Assembly (NCBI RefSeq): GCF_036321535.1
Contig: NC_087436.1
Location: 85,996,001 to 86,060,000, forward strand
Length of the DNA: 64,000 nucleotides
Reading direction: 5' to 3'
Source of the DNA: Camelus dromedarius
Taxonomy: Eukaryota
This document shows positions 50,341 through 62,497 of the stretch, in pieces. Made by a program: the position numbers and the translations under genes. The notes beneath the pieces were generated by a model. It made no database searches, was not told the DNA's origin, and was given only the letters and a program-made list of their open reading frames with translations. Numbering within the stretch: the first letter of the stretch is position 1; every line of letters begins with the position of its first letter.

Positions 50341-51949
50341 ATATAGTCCAAGGATAGAATTTTATCTTTTAGCAAGCTTGGTCTCTCAGGAAGCAGGTTC
50401 CTTTTCATCTGGAACCCAACCCATCCTTTATTTTGAGCCCGAAGTGTTCTCTCCAGGGTTCCTAAATCCGAATTTACTGGTGTCTCTCAATTATGACCAC
50501 CAAATTTTCTGGAACCATCATGTTCTCTGCTCTGGGGATCCACTTCACTTCAGTTCCTCTGAGCATCTCTTCAATTCAATCAATACATTAGGGAGCATAG
50601 TTAGGCAGGCAGAGTGCTGCCTGCTTCTGAGAGCTTTCCCTCTCAATGATTCTTGCCAACTTCCAAGTTCTATTACTAACCCAAATTTCACCATCTTGGT
50701 GCCATTAACCCACATTCCTGCTAGGAGTGCCACCCCCAGAAACTCATCTGCCACCATTTCTCTTCTCAGAGAAGCCTAAGTGCAGAACATTAGCTCCCCT
50801 GTAAGATTTTAGTCTGTGACTAGAAGGCTACAATAGACTGCCCCTTGGATTTTCGGGAAATGAATAGAAAATGTCACCTTACTTAAAATAGAAAGTAATG
50901 GAATTAATATAAAACAGATAAAGTAGCCTTTCTGATCTCATCTAAATAACCTGCTTTAAAAGATGGATTTGTAAGGTCGGTACAAATAAGAGTCAATCCA
51001 AGTGAAAAATCAGATGACTAAAGTGTAACTTTAGGTCTGGGATGGATTTAACGCAAAAACACAAAATTCTAAAACCGTGTTCTTTAAATGGAGAAGACAA
51101 GACAATCTAGGGCATAGAAAAAAAAATAATAACATTTCCATTTAGATTCACTTTAATTTAGAGAAATAAATAAACATTCATTTTAATATACAAATTGATA
51201 GTAGTACATGCAATATAATTTATAAACAAATAAATATATGTGTGGTTAGCACCCAAAAAGTTTTAATCACAGGGGTGCACAATAAAAAAAAGTTTGGCTA
51301 TTACTGTTCTAAATGATTACATAATAAAATCTCAGTGTACAGAGAAAGCCAGGGGTCAATTTGCAATGGGAAGGAAATGGTGAAAACAGCAAGAGTTGGT
51401 CAGTGTTAATCCAGCACTACTGAGAAGTAGAGTGTCCTGAACAAAAGAATGCCTGTCAGACACATCAAAGTGTGTTCAGCTATTACAGCTTACATGTCAA
51501 TTCCTTAGAGTTATCCGGTCCTCTGGACCTGCAGCGATACTCACAAAGCAACCTTCTGGTAGTAATCTGACTTCTCATGTAGACTTTCCTACAGGCAGAG
51601 CATGTATTAACCAGCCAACTCCTGATTCCAGGTCTGTCTGGAGATATTGCAAATTCATAAAATAGCTTCCTGACTTATTAGGTGGTTTTGGTTAGTGTTT
51701 CTAGTAAATTTGGTAAATGTAAGTCGAGTTTCCTGATCCTGATCACCTCTGAGGGAACATAAGACGCTCAGCATCCTTGAAGTTCTGTCATGAGCAACAT
51801 CTTGACACATCACTTGACAATACGGAACTTGATTTGTCTGAGTCCCATACATACCAGGTTTTCCTAAGCCACCTATGTCTTCAGGAAAGGGAAATGGGTC
51901 TTATTGTTTGGTGCCTAGTGGTAGAATCCCAGGCACTACAGGACACATA

Positions 51950-52415
51950 AAATGAAGAATTGGAAACAATACAAATGCCCATCATCTGACAAATGGATAG
52001 ATAAGATATGGCATATCAATACTATGGATTATACAACACTATATATAAAACTGATAAGCAACAAGGATTTACTATATTGCACAGGGAACTGTATTCAACA
52101 TCTTGTAATAACTTATAATGGAAAAGAATTGGGAAACATGTATCTATCTATCTATATATGTATAGCTGAATTACTTTGCTGGACAGGTGAAAATAACACA
52201 ATATTGTAAATCAACTGAAGGAGAAGGGTTCTGGGGAGGAAGGGGGATGATAGCTGAGGCATATGGTGCTTCATTTTGGGGTGATGAAAACGTTTTAAAA
52301 TTGACCATGTTGATGACTGCACATATCTGTAACTACACTAGCAACCATGGAATTGTACACTTTAAATGGGTGAATGTGTAGGGTACATAACCTGTACCCC
52401 AGCTCTTTTTAAAAA
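51950..52415 (+). mobile_element. L1MB-like 3' relic containing a younger L1 3' segment
   Basis: tggaaacaatacaaatgcccatc..., then cacagggaactgtattcaa...attgtaaatcaact, then ttttggggtgatgaaaacgttttaaaattg...gtacactttaaatgggtgaat. Confidence 0.7.
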
Positions 52416-54364
52416 ATGAAGTATAAAATTAAGAGTTGATCAAAAGTTGCTGTGGATCTCCTCACTGGGATATTTTTTCCCCACTGATCTCAGTTATGCT
52501 TCCCGGAATTACTCTCTAAGTACAAAGAAGAAAATCCAAATGCTTCTGAGACTCAGAGTTCCCATAGTGGTCCTCAGAGCTGACAATCCACACCTCAATT
52601 CAGGATAGAAAAGGGAGTCATGAGCAGAGGAATCTTGATCCCTACCTCACACCCCTCTGTAATTCCTATAACCTCAATACGACAGATAGTTTACAATCAG
52701 AAGAAACTCAGAAAATCCCAGCAAAGCTAATAATCTGGATTTTTAAAATATCCACCCAATCTGCATAAGAAGATTTAGAATCATAGAATTTCAGACCTGG
52801 AAGATCTCACAGAATTTAAGGATTTAATTTAACCTTTCATCGTATAGGAAACTTGCCAAGCTCCCTCCCCACAGGATATGGGGTAGAAACTTCTTCTGTC
52901 TTCTCACCCCTAAACCTGCCCACAGAGTGTCCCTTGCCCACCTTCTCCCAGGGTCCTTTACTTTGTCTAACTCCCTTCTCTCCTTTCCCCCCAAACTCCT
53001 CCTGCTAGTTCAGAAAGTTTGAAATTGCCTTCCTGTATGGCAGGAAATTGAATTTGTCATAGCCTACATTCTTCTAACTCTTTAGTTTAGAGGAAAAAAA
53101 ACAATTATGTTCAGTCCTCCAAGCTCTGGTACTGAATATTTAAAGACAAGCTTTTGGAATTTGGAAAAATACATTATTTTTTCTCTCAAGGGCCTGGCTC
53201 TTGTAATTCAATGTGTGGCTTTCCCAAAAGCTACTGCTGCAATGGGCATCAAGAGTCTATTTTGGCCACCAAATCCTCAACTTTGACTCCTTATTTCTCT
53301 GTGTATTCCAACCATAAAATCCTGACCCTCCCTGAGGGAAAGGCACCTCTGGTTGAATATTTGAAAATGTACCAAATGCACCTCAAAAATGTACCCCAAA
53401 AATGTACCAAAAAAGGACCAAAAGAAAGCATAGTATCATTTATGTACCCAAAAACTAGCTCATAAAGCTCTCAGTTTGAATATTTTATGATTCTATGACT
53501 TTAACCATGGCAGTGAACCAATCTCACTGCAACCAATTCTTCAGTCTTCCCATAAATTCCTAGGTGGCAACTCCTCCTCCTTTCTCCCTCCCCTTTCCTT
53601 TCCTCCATATGGATGGGCAATGGACTTCTAAAAATATCTCCCAGTGGGTTGCCAATGGTAGAAGAGAAGGGTCACGTGGTCCTGGAGTCCCACATCAGAG
53701 CCTAAGACAAGTCTATGAACGCTTTGAAATCACCTGTTTTTGTCTTGAAATTTCATGCATATATTCCATTCTTCTCCAAAACCGATAACTATTTCTTTTA
53801 AATACGACAAATATGCTTTAAATGACATATCAAAAGCACTTAGCTTCTTTTAATCTATGAGTAAAATCAACCCTCCAGTATAAAGCACTACTTTGATTCT
53901 GTGACTTCTAATAGACCCTAAAACATTGCTGAGTGCCCCTAGTGGTAAGCAGTAAAAATTATTTTGCTCATTGTTCAGAAACAACACCAGCTTTTCTGCA
54001 TTTACCAGTCATGTATAAATATTTACATCTTTGTAGCGAGCATATAATGGGAAAATATTTGGGGACTAGTAAACCACCATATTAACCATTGGCTGTCTTC
54101 AGTTCCAAGTCATTCTAGAACATCCAGAGCAGGAGTCGATTCGTGTCTAGAGGTCTTGGATCATAGATTTCCTTGGAACTGTAGAGAAGAATCCTTCTCA
54201 CGTGGCAGCAAGGCCACAGGGCTGGTTGTTCTAGGGGAGGGAAAGCCTGCCCCTTCCAACTGGGAGAATGATAGGGAGAAAAAAGGAGGAAAAGGGCTGA
54301 GAAGGAAGGAAGGTAAAAACAGCGCTTCCTTCCCCATCTTGGGGTCCTTTCCCTAAGGAAGGGC

Positions 54365-54918
54365 ATCATACTGATTTTCTACGCTGTGTAACAAACTACC
54401 ACAAACTTAGTGGCTTAAAATAACACAGACTCATTATCTTAGTTTCCATGGGTCAGGAGCCCAACATGTTCTAGCTGATCCTCAGTTCAAGGTCTCGTGA
54501 AGCAGAAGTCAAGGGTCCAGCTGGCTCTGTTTCTACCTGGAGGATCAGCTAGGGGAAGATCTGCTTCAAAGCTTGTTCTAGCTGTTAGAATTCCTTTTTT
54601 TGCAGTTGGAGGATGAGGGTCCTGCTGTCCTGCTAGCTGTCACCTGGGGTTGTCTCAGCAATGCAGGCTGCCCTCAGGTCCTTGTCGTGTGCCTCATGCT
54701 TTCAATCTCTGACTGCTCTGTCTCCAGCCTCCACAAAAGGGCTCATGTAAGTAGATCTGGCCCACCTGGGTCATCTCCCTCTCTTGAGGTCAACTGATCT
54801 GCAAAATCCCTTCACAGCAGCCCCCGGATTAGTGTTTTACTGAGTACTAGGAGTAGGTGTGAGTTCACCGTGGGCCAGGAATCACCGTGGGGTCATCTTA
54901 GAGTTCTGCCTATCCCAG
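54365..54918 (-). mobile_element. MaLR LTR (MLT1E-like)
   Basis: gctgtgtaacaaactaccacaaacttagtggcttaaaa ... ggggtcatcttagagttctgcctatccca. Confidence 0.65.
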
Positions 54919-55484
54919 GCAGGATAAACACCCAGATACGAACGAGGAAGACTGAATACATCTGGGCTAGCGCATGCTTCCCCTGACATCCTGGGGGGAG
55001 GTTTCAAGTCTCTGGGGAAAGCCCACACCTGATGCTGTCACTTCTAAATGACAAGAGCAGGGATGGACATTGTGGCAGTGGAGGGTAATCAAATGAGCCT
55101 AAGGCAGGACTTTTGGTTCTCCCAGTCCCCCGCATAGTGAGCAGGTGACCAGAAGTGCCCCAGCCTAGAGAGACATCCTGCAGGGGCATAAGGGCTGGGG
55201 ACCTGGCCTGAGGGCAAAGCTAGATGGAGTAGATAGAGACTTTGAGATCAAAGGCCCCAAACAAGAGCCAGAGAGGGTGGGAGTCCAAGCTGTCTCCGAA
55301 GCTGCCCCGGTCTGCTACCCTCAAGACAGGTAGACAGGATCCAGAGGATTCCACAGGGACCCAAAGACCTGGGTTCATCTTCACTGCTGAGTCAGGCAAA
55401 CCACCAGTGCCCTCTTAAAGAAGAGAGGAGGAGAGGGGTTGGAAAGCCTGAGCATTGGTCCCAAAGAGACTTGTGTTGAGCTGA

Positions 55485-55570
55485 GTCCTGGTTTTCCTGG
55501 GACTGAGGGGGATTCCCAGGCACTGGACTTGAGTTTTAAAACTGGGAAAGTCCTGGTGAACCAGGACAAT
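55485..55570. mobile_element. Small inverted-repeat DNA-transposon relic (hAT MITE-like)
   Basis: gtcctggttttcctgggact ... agtcctggtgaaccaggac form imperfect inverted arms. Confidence 0.45.
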
Positions 55571-55826
55571 TGGGACCATGGTCCAAAGAAATGGTCTAAA
55601 TGATTAAATTGAGCTATTTAAACTAAGTTAGATTTAAACTAAATTGAGTCACACACACAAGCACTACCCACCTTGGAAAGATCACAACAGTATAAATAAT
55701 GAGCTGCAGTTTCTTCACTCACCTAAATTGTAGTGCCAGTAAACTTCCAGTCCTGCTTTGCCATTTTTCTAAGTGCTTTCGCCCATATTCTCTTGCTTCA
55801 TCCTCACACCAGCCTTGTAATGAGAC

Positions 55827-55869
55827 AGAGACTTTGGGGACCATGAAAAAGAGACTTTGGGGACCATGA
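55827..55869. repeat. 20-bp direct repeat with 3-bp spacer
   Basis: agagactttggggaccatga-aaa-agagactttggggaccatga, within a MIR-like tract. Confidence 0.95.
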
Positions 55870-57270
55870 GGCTAAAAGACGTCCCAGTGAGTTCACTTCA
55901 GGGCCAGCACTGGAACCAGATCTTCTGATTCCAAGTTTTCAACTAATGATGAATCTTCTGAATCTACAAATTTGCCACCTATCCTCATCTTTTTCAGTGA
56001 TTTGCTTAATTTCATTAATAAATTAGATCCTGCATATTTCTGAATGTTAATTACTATTCATAGCGTGTCCATGAGCTACATGGCCATGATCAGACCGCAG
56101 GCAGACCTGGTCACAGCTGAACAGCAGCCGCCTGTCGTGGGCCTCACCTGCCTCCCTTTCCTGGATGACAATAGGAAAGTCAGAACAAAGAGCAGGCCCA
56201 GCCAGAGTGCTCTCTCTGTGTGATGCTTCCCCCTTGTGGCCAGCTTGTTGCTCTGGACAGGAAGTAAAGCATTCTCCAAAGGGTTTCCGTACATGGGGAT
56301 TACGTATCCACTCAGGTAAGAAGCCTGGACCTGGCTGGGTCTGGGTGGGGTGGGCTCCCCCCAGCCTTCTGCCCAAAGATTCCCCATGAAATTCTTACCT
56401 TGTGGGTAAGGGAGGTGGAGGTTTGCTCTCAAGAAATCTGGCTGTCCAAAGATGAAGACCCACAAAATGAAGTCTCTGATCGCCAAATTCCAGCCAGGAA
56501 CTTTATCATTGTTCCTGGGCTGACTTTCTAAGACAGAGCAGCGCCTAGCTGCCAGCAAAGGCTCATCGCATCTCGAGGATATTAGCAGGTTGCAAGCAAC
56601 AGCTGATGTCAAAGGATGGCTGGTGTGGAGGAGAATTAGTAGGTGGCTAACCACCCCTTAATCGTCATCAGAGCTGCCCTCAAGCCCTCCTCAGTGTTCT
56701 TATTCTTTCATTATGTATATATTCCTTCAATTTTATATAAACTTGAATAAAAGCAATTTTAGAAACTACTCTTTTTATTTGTGTAAAGACAGCTTTAAGG
56801 CAAGCACCCTAAGACTGCCCGCCCCCTTACCCTCTCAGAGCCCCTCTGGCTCTTTGTCCTCGGGCTGCCACAGGCTGCAAGCTCAAACGGGCCGCCACAG
56901 CCTCCCTTCTCCATGGTGACCCAGTTCAGGAGCCCAGGGGGTGGTGGATGGGGGGGGCATGTATAGCTTGGTGTATGGAGCCTTGTTCCACCCAAGTTCC
57001 AACGAGCACAGAACCACCCTAAGACGGCAGAGAGAGTCTGAGGGTAGAAAACTGCACAGGAAAATGGTGGAGGGAGAGGCAGAGGAATTAGCAGCAAATT
57101 CCTAGATTATTTTTTATGACATCAGAGGCTCTAAGAAGACAGCACTATGGTAACCAATGGGTTTAGAAAAGATTTCAATTGAATTGAACTGTCTCACACT
57201 GGGTTTATAATTGTTGGTCCATTGTAAGGCTAGGGGTTGTGGTGCAGGGGAAGGTTAACGTTGAGATGGC

Positions 57271-57363
57271 TGGAGTAGGGAGTATAGCTCAGTGGTAGAG
57301 CCCATGCTTGGCGTGCACGAGGTCCTAGGTTCAATCCCCTGGGCCTCCATTAAAAAAAAAAAA
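57271..57363 (+). mobile_element. tRNA-derived SINE (Vic-1-like, short form)
   Basis: gtatagctcagtggtagagcccatgcttggcgtgcacgaggtcctaggttcaatcccc plus poly-A. TSD aacgttgagatggc/aatgctgagatggc. Confidence 0.9.
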
Positions 57364-57589
57364 AATGCTGAGATGGCAAAAATGTTCCTATTTATGTCCT
57401 TGATAGAAAGCTCACTTTCCCTCCTCCTCATCCCTCCAAGATAAGGCCAGATCCCACTTTAATGTATGTTCTTAAGTCCCTTCTTCTACTTGCAGCCCTG
57501 ATCAGAACTCTTATGAAGTGACTATTTGGGTACTTAGTTTACCAAGTCCTTCCCCACCACTGAACTGTAAATGAGGACAGGGAGATCAA

Positions 57590-58560
57590 CAAATATTTTT
57601 GAGTTAGTGAGTAAATGAATGAAGGATCGTGTCATCGAGTGAATATGTGCCAAGTTCTGTGCCAGGCCTGGGGAATACAGAAAGGAACAAGACAGAGGTG
57701 GGGCGGCCTTCAATGAACTTACAGTTTAGCAGGTAATTAGAAAGCAGATGAAGGTGTCAAAGGACGAGTACAGTGAGCTACGGGGGCCAAAGGTAATCTG
57801 GTATGGATCTGAGACCTCACATAATGCATGGCCATTCACTAAGTGAAGAGGTAGGGATCCCAGGAGAGAGCATTCCAGGCAGGGAGAACTGCCCGTGCCA
57901 AGATCTGAGACGGAAAAGAACTTAGCTCATGGCCGAGACCAACAAGGCTGTGCCAGAGTGAAGGGGAGAGTGGTGCAAAGTGATGTGGGCAGAGGCCAGA
58001 GCACTCAGGGCCTGTTAGTCCTCGTTATTGACTGGACTTCTCCCTAAGGGCAACACGAAGCCACTGGTTGGCAGCAAGCTATGGAGTGACATAATTGGGT
58101 TTATGGGAGTTTTAAACAATAATTTATCTGGCTGCTGTGTGGAGCGTGGATTAGAAGGAAGGCAGAATGGACAAGGCTAGGCCAGTCAAGAAGCTGTGGT
58201 AGCTGTCCAAGTGAGAAGTGATGCGAGGTTGACCTTGGTGGTGGTCATGGAGATGGAGTGGGGGGAGGGTTCATGAGGAAGCAGAACATGGACAGTGTAG
58301 AGCCAGAGGAAGGAGTCAAAGTGACTTCCAGGTCTGGGGCTTGAGCAGTTGGTACACGGACACTGGAGGAGGAGCAGGTCTCCAGGCTCATTTGGGGACC
58401 TCATGAACTGAGGGTTCTGTGTGTCCTCCAGGAGGAGTTATCGAGTCAGTAATTGGCTATGTGCATCTGGAACCCAGGAGAGAGGACAGCACTGGGACTA
58501 GGGAACAGACTGATGGTAAGTGAAGCTAGGTGGGGTCAAGAAAAGAGAGGTGGTGGGACT
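57590..58560. mobile_element. L2 fragment (purine-rich orientation)
   Basis: gtgccaagttctgtgccaggcctgggg, agcattccaggcagggagaac, tgacttccaggtctggggcttgagca. Approximate. Confidence 0.55.
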
Positions 58561-58689
58561 CCGCCTAACAGCCACTGAATAGATAGCCATTCTGTGACTG
58601 TGAGGACAACACAGCAACTCTCCATGTGTTACTCTGCTTGCATTTTGTTTCCTAATCTCTGTATTCTCCTGGGCGATTGAATTCTTATA

Positions 58690-59163
58690 TGTGGTAGAGG
58701 CTGCTAGTAGCCTACCCCATGTCCATTCTCCCTCCTGCCTTAATAACAGGCTCATATGTTGTCAAGACTCTTAGCGTGTCTAGCCAGAAAACTACATTTC
58801 CCAGATAGGGATGGCAAATGGGTTATAAATGGAAGTTGCTGAATGAGACTCTTGAGGGGGCTGACTCAGCAAGAGGCATGTACCTTCCTTTATTTTCTCC
58901 CTGGAACTTGGGCTTGATGGCTGGGGCTCCAGTGGCCATCTTAGACCATGAGGTAATTTTGGAGATAAGAGCTGCACATGAAGTGGGGAGAAATGGACAG
59001 GAAGAGAGTTTCTGGTCTCTGATGTCTGTGGAATTACTATAGCCTAGGTGACTCCCAGGCTTCCGTTATGTGAAATTAAAAATTAAAAATGAGCCTCTAT
59101 GCTGGATAAGCTATTGATGTTTGGATTTTGTGGTTTATGCAGTCATACATAATCTAACTGATA
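58690..59163 (+). mobile_element. MaLR LTR (MLT1I/J-like)
   Basis: tgtggtagaggctgctag...actacatttcccag...gatggctggggctccagtggccatcttagaccatgagg...aatctaactgata. Confidence 0.6.
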
Positions 59164-61429
59164 GATCATTCTTGTCATAATCAGTCGAGAGAGTGAATTC
59201 AAGAAGGAGACTGTGCAGGGATGCACAGGAAGGAATAAATCAGGCTAGGCTGGTGCATGAAGGAACAAAAAGCTCTTTCATATATCATATATCAGGGAAA
59301 TTTTCTATGTTTCTTGCAATATCTTGAACTGGCAACACAACAGCCAAAGTATATCATCCTAAATACCTCCCCTTGGGAGTCTGTTAGCAATTGAGCATCT
59401 TTGAATCACAAGAGAATGTTAATTCCACGAACATAAAAGAAATACAGAAACAGTGCTCATTGTGATTAAGATCTAACAGCTATAATTGAATAATTGCAAC
59501 GTTTAGGATGTTTCAGACAATGTGGAAAGTGCAAACATCTCAGCTGCAAGCACACTCTGTACAAAGTTCCCTCACAAAATTTCCAGGAAAAAAAATTTTA
59601 AAATATGTAAATAAACCTCATGTTATTCTTAGTTCTCTTTGGTCTACTGATTCTTCCAGAATTTTGTCTCCAGGTTGCCTGGCTAAGGGAGTGAGTGAGG
59701 GCTGAAATCCAGCCTAAGCTTAGTTCCCAAAGTCTTCCTTAAGGTCAGACTAGATCACCTCAGAAGCAGTGGTACTTTTTTACAATTTCTTCATCCATAA
59801 GAGGCATCCTTTAGTAACTGACACAGAGATGTTGGTGAGCTAGCTTGTTCTCTGGTGGATACATGGGGCCAAACTTATTCCTTTCTTCTGAAGACCGTGT
59901 TGATTTAGATCACATTCAAGTAGTTGAGGAATAGGAAAGCATATTGGGAGCCCCTCCAAATAGGAGGAAAGACAGATAAAGCTCTTTGAGGGACTGGTAT
60001 AAAGAAAATTATTACAAGCAGACAAGTATGGGTAACCCACTGCAGAGCCGTATCCACTAAGTAAATATAACCCCCAAATGGAAGAAAACATCTTGCTTTC
60101 TACCAAGACTAAGGAAATGAGGATGTGGCCAAAGGGGGAAATTTTAAAGAAGTTTCTTTAAAGCTTTGTTGCTCTCTAGCAACCCCTTGTGGTACTTGAA
60201 ACAATCTGCAGTCCAGTGACTCTTCCAGGCCTGGTTCTTGAACTATAAGAGATTTAAACTAGAAGAAACTGATACCTTGAATGCATTATAATCCCTAGTC
60301 TAAGCACAAGAATCGTATAGACCTTGCAAAAGAAAGTTAACATCAACCAAAATAAAAATACCCGTGAGTCCATTTCCTGTACACCAATGAGACTCAATTC
60401 TTTTTTTTTTTTTCCTGCTTGTTAACAGCTTCAAACGGTCAGAGGAAAACTCCAAATAAATATAATTAGAAACTTGTAAAAATGTCCTCTCTGTATGCCT
60501 GCTCTCCAGGACCTAACCTTTAAGGGACCCCCTTCTCCAAGCCCCCCTCTCCCAGCTCACATATCCTGACACTCCACCCTCACCAAGGGATTCCTTAGAT
60601 GTGTCCTTATTCTGGATCTTCTCTCCAACCCAGCAGCTCCTGCCCAGGTCTGTCCCCAGCTTGTTACCATGAGTGACCAGATGCAGACAGCCCCTGGCCT
60701 AGGGCTCTGAAATCCAAACCCCACAGCTGTCTAGGGCTGTGGTCACAGCCACAGGGAAACCATAAGTAAGAAAGAGAGCCATGGTGCCCTATTTAAGGGT
60801 CATGATTTTGAAACTCAGTTCTTTGGGAGAACCAGTTTGGTTAAGAATTTCAATCTCTCTCTATCTCTTCATTCTCCAAATATTCAGTAAAATGCACTAG
60901 TCCTAGGATTGTGGCTCAGGTCAGTAGATGGACACAACATCATAGTGTTGTAGGACAGCCAGATAGGTGATGGGCAAGAAATGGATCATGAAAGACCCTA
61001 TATATTCTGCTGAGAAATTTGAAGGTGATAAGGAGGCATGTAGGATGTAAGCAAGGAAGAAATGCAATCAAATCTGTCATTTACAAAAACTCATTCTGGA
61101 AACAGGATGAAGCAGGGTTGGGTGTAGGTATAGGATTATGAGACTTAGAATTCAAGATAGGCTGTCCCAAGGCCAGGGTAGTAGGCATAAAGAAAGAGGA
61201 GGACAAATCTAAGAGGTAATTGGGAGTAGAACTGAAGGATGTAGCAGATGGGTCAGGATTCTAACTAAAGCAACCAAGTGGCTGGAAGTGTCAGTAAGTG
61301 ATGTTGCAAATGAGGAGATTTGGAGTTGGGTAAGGGATGCAGAGGCTAGAATGGGGAGAATTTGATGGAGTTTAGGTGTTTTCATGGAAAGAGCTTGGCA
61401 CCTGGAGTCAGGCTCCTGCACTGATGCCC

Positions 61430-61965
61430 TTTTGTCCTAACTGTATTTTCGTGGCCTGCACTTGTCTATTTGGCATTCATTAGTTACAGGGCCAGACTGA
61501 TGGCCAAAGCTGTCTACATCTGCCCTGCAATCCAGCTTTCTCAGGTGCACAAAAATCATATTACAAACTCTCCAGATTTCAAGCCCATACCCCCAACTGT
61601 CTCCTTTATCTCACTCTTACAAACCAAGTCATATTTCCCCTGTTATAAATCAACCCAGGGCCAGATGTCAGACATCTTGATCTTGGAAAAGCCCTGAAGC
61701 CCCCAAATTTGCTGGAATTATCCAAGCTAGCCAACCACAAACTGTTTGTCCTCCTTGTCCTCCCAACACAAACCCTAGTAAGGTGGTGCCTATGCTTTTC
61801 CCTCTTCATGCTGCCTCCTGGCCAACTCTGGTGCTTCTCCATATGGCCCTACATGGCCTGATGTGTGCTCCCTCCTCGCAGGAAATGTAAGTAATAAAAA
61901 TTCTCTTTCAATGGCATTAACCTTTCTGTGCCCTTTATCAATTAAGACCTGGTCACAAATCACAA
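61430..61965 (+). mobile_element. ERVL LTR, MER74/MER54-like
   Basis: aaatcaacccagggccag, aattatccaagctagccaa, tgcctcctggccaactctggtgcttctccat, gtaagtaataaaa..tctttcaatggca. Boundaries approximate. Confidence 0.5.
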
Positions 61966-62029
61966 CTCTTCCTTCATAATTCTAAATATTACTACATTCT
62001 TTGAATTTTCTTTTGCTTCTAAAATAAAT

Positions 62030-62265
62030 CATTTTGACCCTTGAATAACATGGGTTTGAACTTCACGGGTCCACTTATACACAGATTTTTTTCACAATAA
62101 TAAATACTACAGCACTATGCAGTCCAAGGTTGGATAAATTTGTGGATGTAGAACCACAGATACAGAGGCACCTCCAATATGGAGGGTCTACTACAAGTTA
62201 TGCATGAATTTTCAACTGGACCGAGGGTGGATACCCCAACATTTGTGTTGTTCAAGGGTCAACTG
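62030..62265 (+). mobile_element. MER8 (Tigger2-derived MITE)
   Basis: TIRs ttgacccttgaataacat ... gtgttgttcaagggtcaactg followed by TA; ~236 bp. Confidence 0.8.
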
Positions 62266-62329
62266 TATAGGAATAATAATAATAAGAGTTGGTTCATGTG
62301 GTTATCATGAGCCTTATTTAAGATATGTG

Positions 62330-62497
62330 ATACTACTCAGCCATAAAAAAGAATAAAATAATGCCATTTGCAGCAACATGGATGCACCTGGAGATCATCA
62401 TTCTAAGTGAAGTGGGCTGGAAAGAGAAAGAAAAATGCCATATAATATCACTTACATGTGGAATCTAAAAAAAAAGGGGGGGGGACACAAATGAACT
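62330..62497 (+). mobile_element. L1 ORF2-end fragment
   Basis: tactactcagccataaaaaagaat...tttgcagcaacatggatg..ctaagtgaagt...tgtggaatctaaaa, homologous to 44743-44880. Confidence 0.85.

Noticed and set aside
51545..51588. Candidate minus-strand micro-exons (also near 32508-32549 and 49646-49690)
   Set aside because: Splice-like motifs are present, but the peptides are unrecognisable and cannot be chained into a gene model. Such matches are expected by chance.
53933..53946. CTCF-like motif gtgcccctagtggt
   Set aside because: One base short of the CCASYAGRKGGCR spacing.
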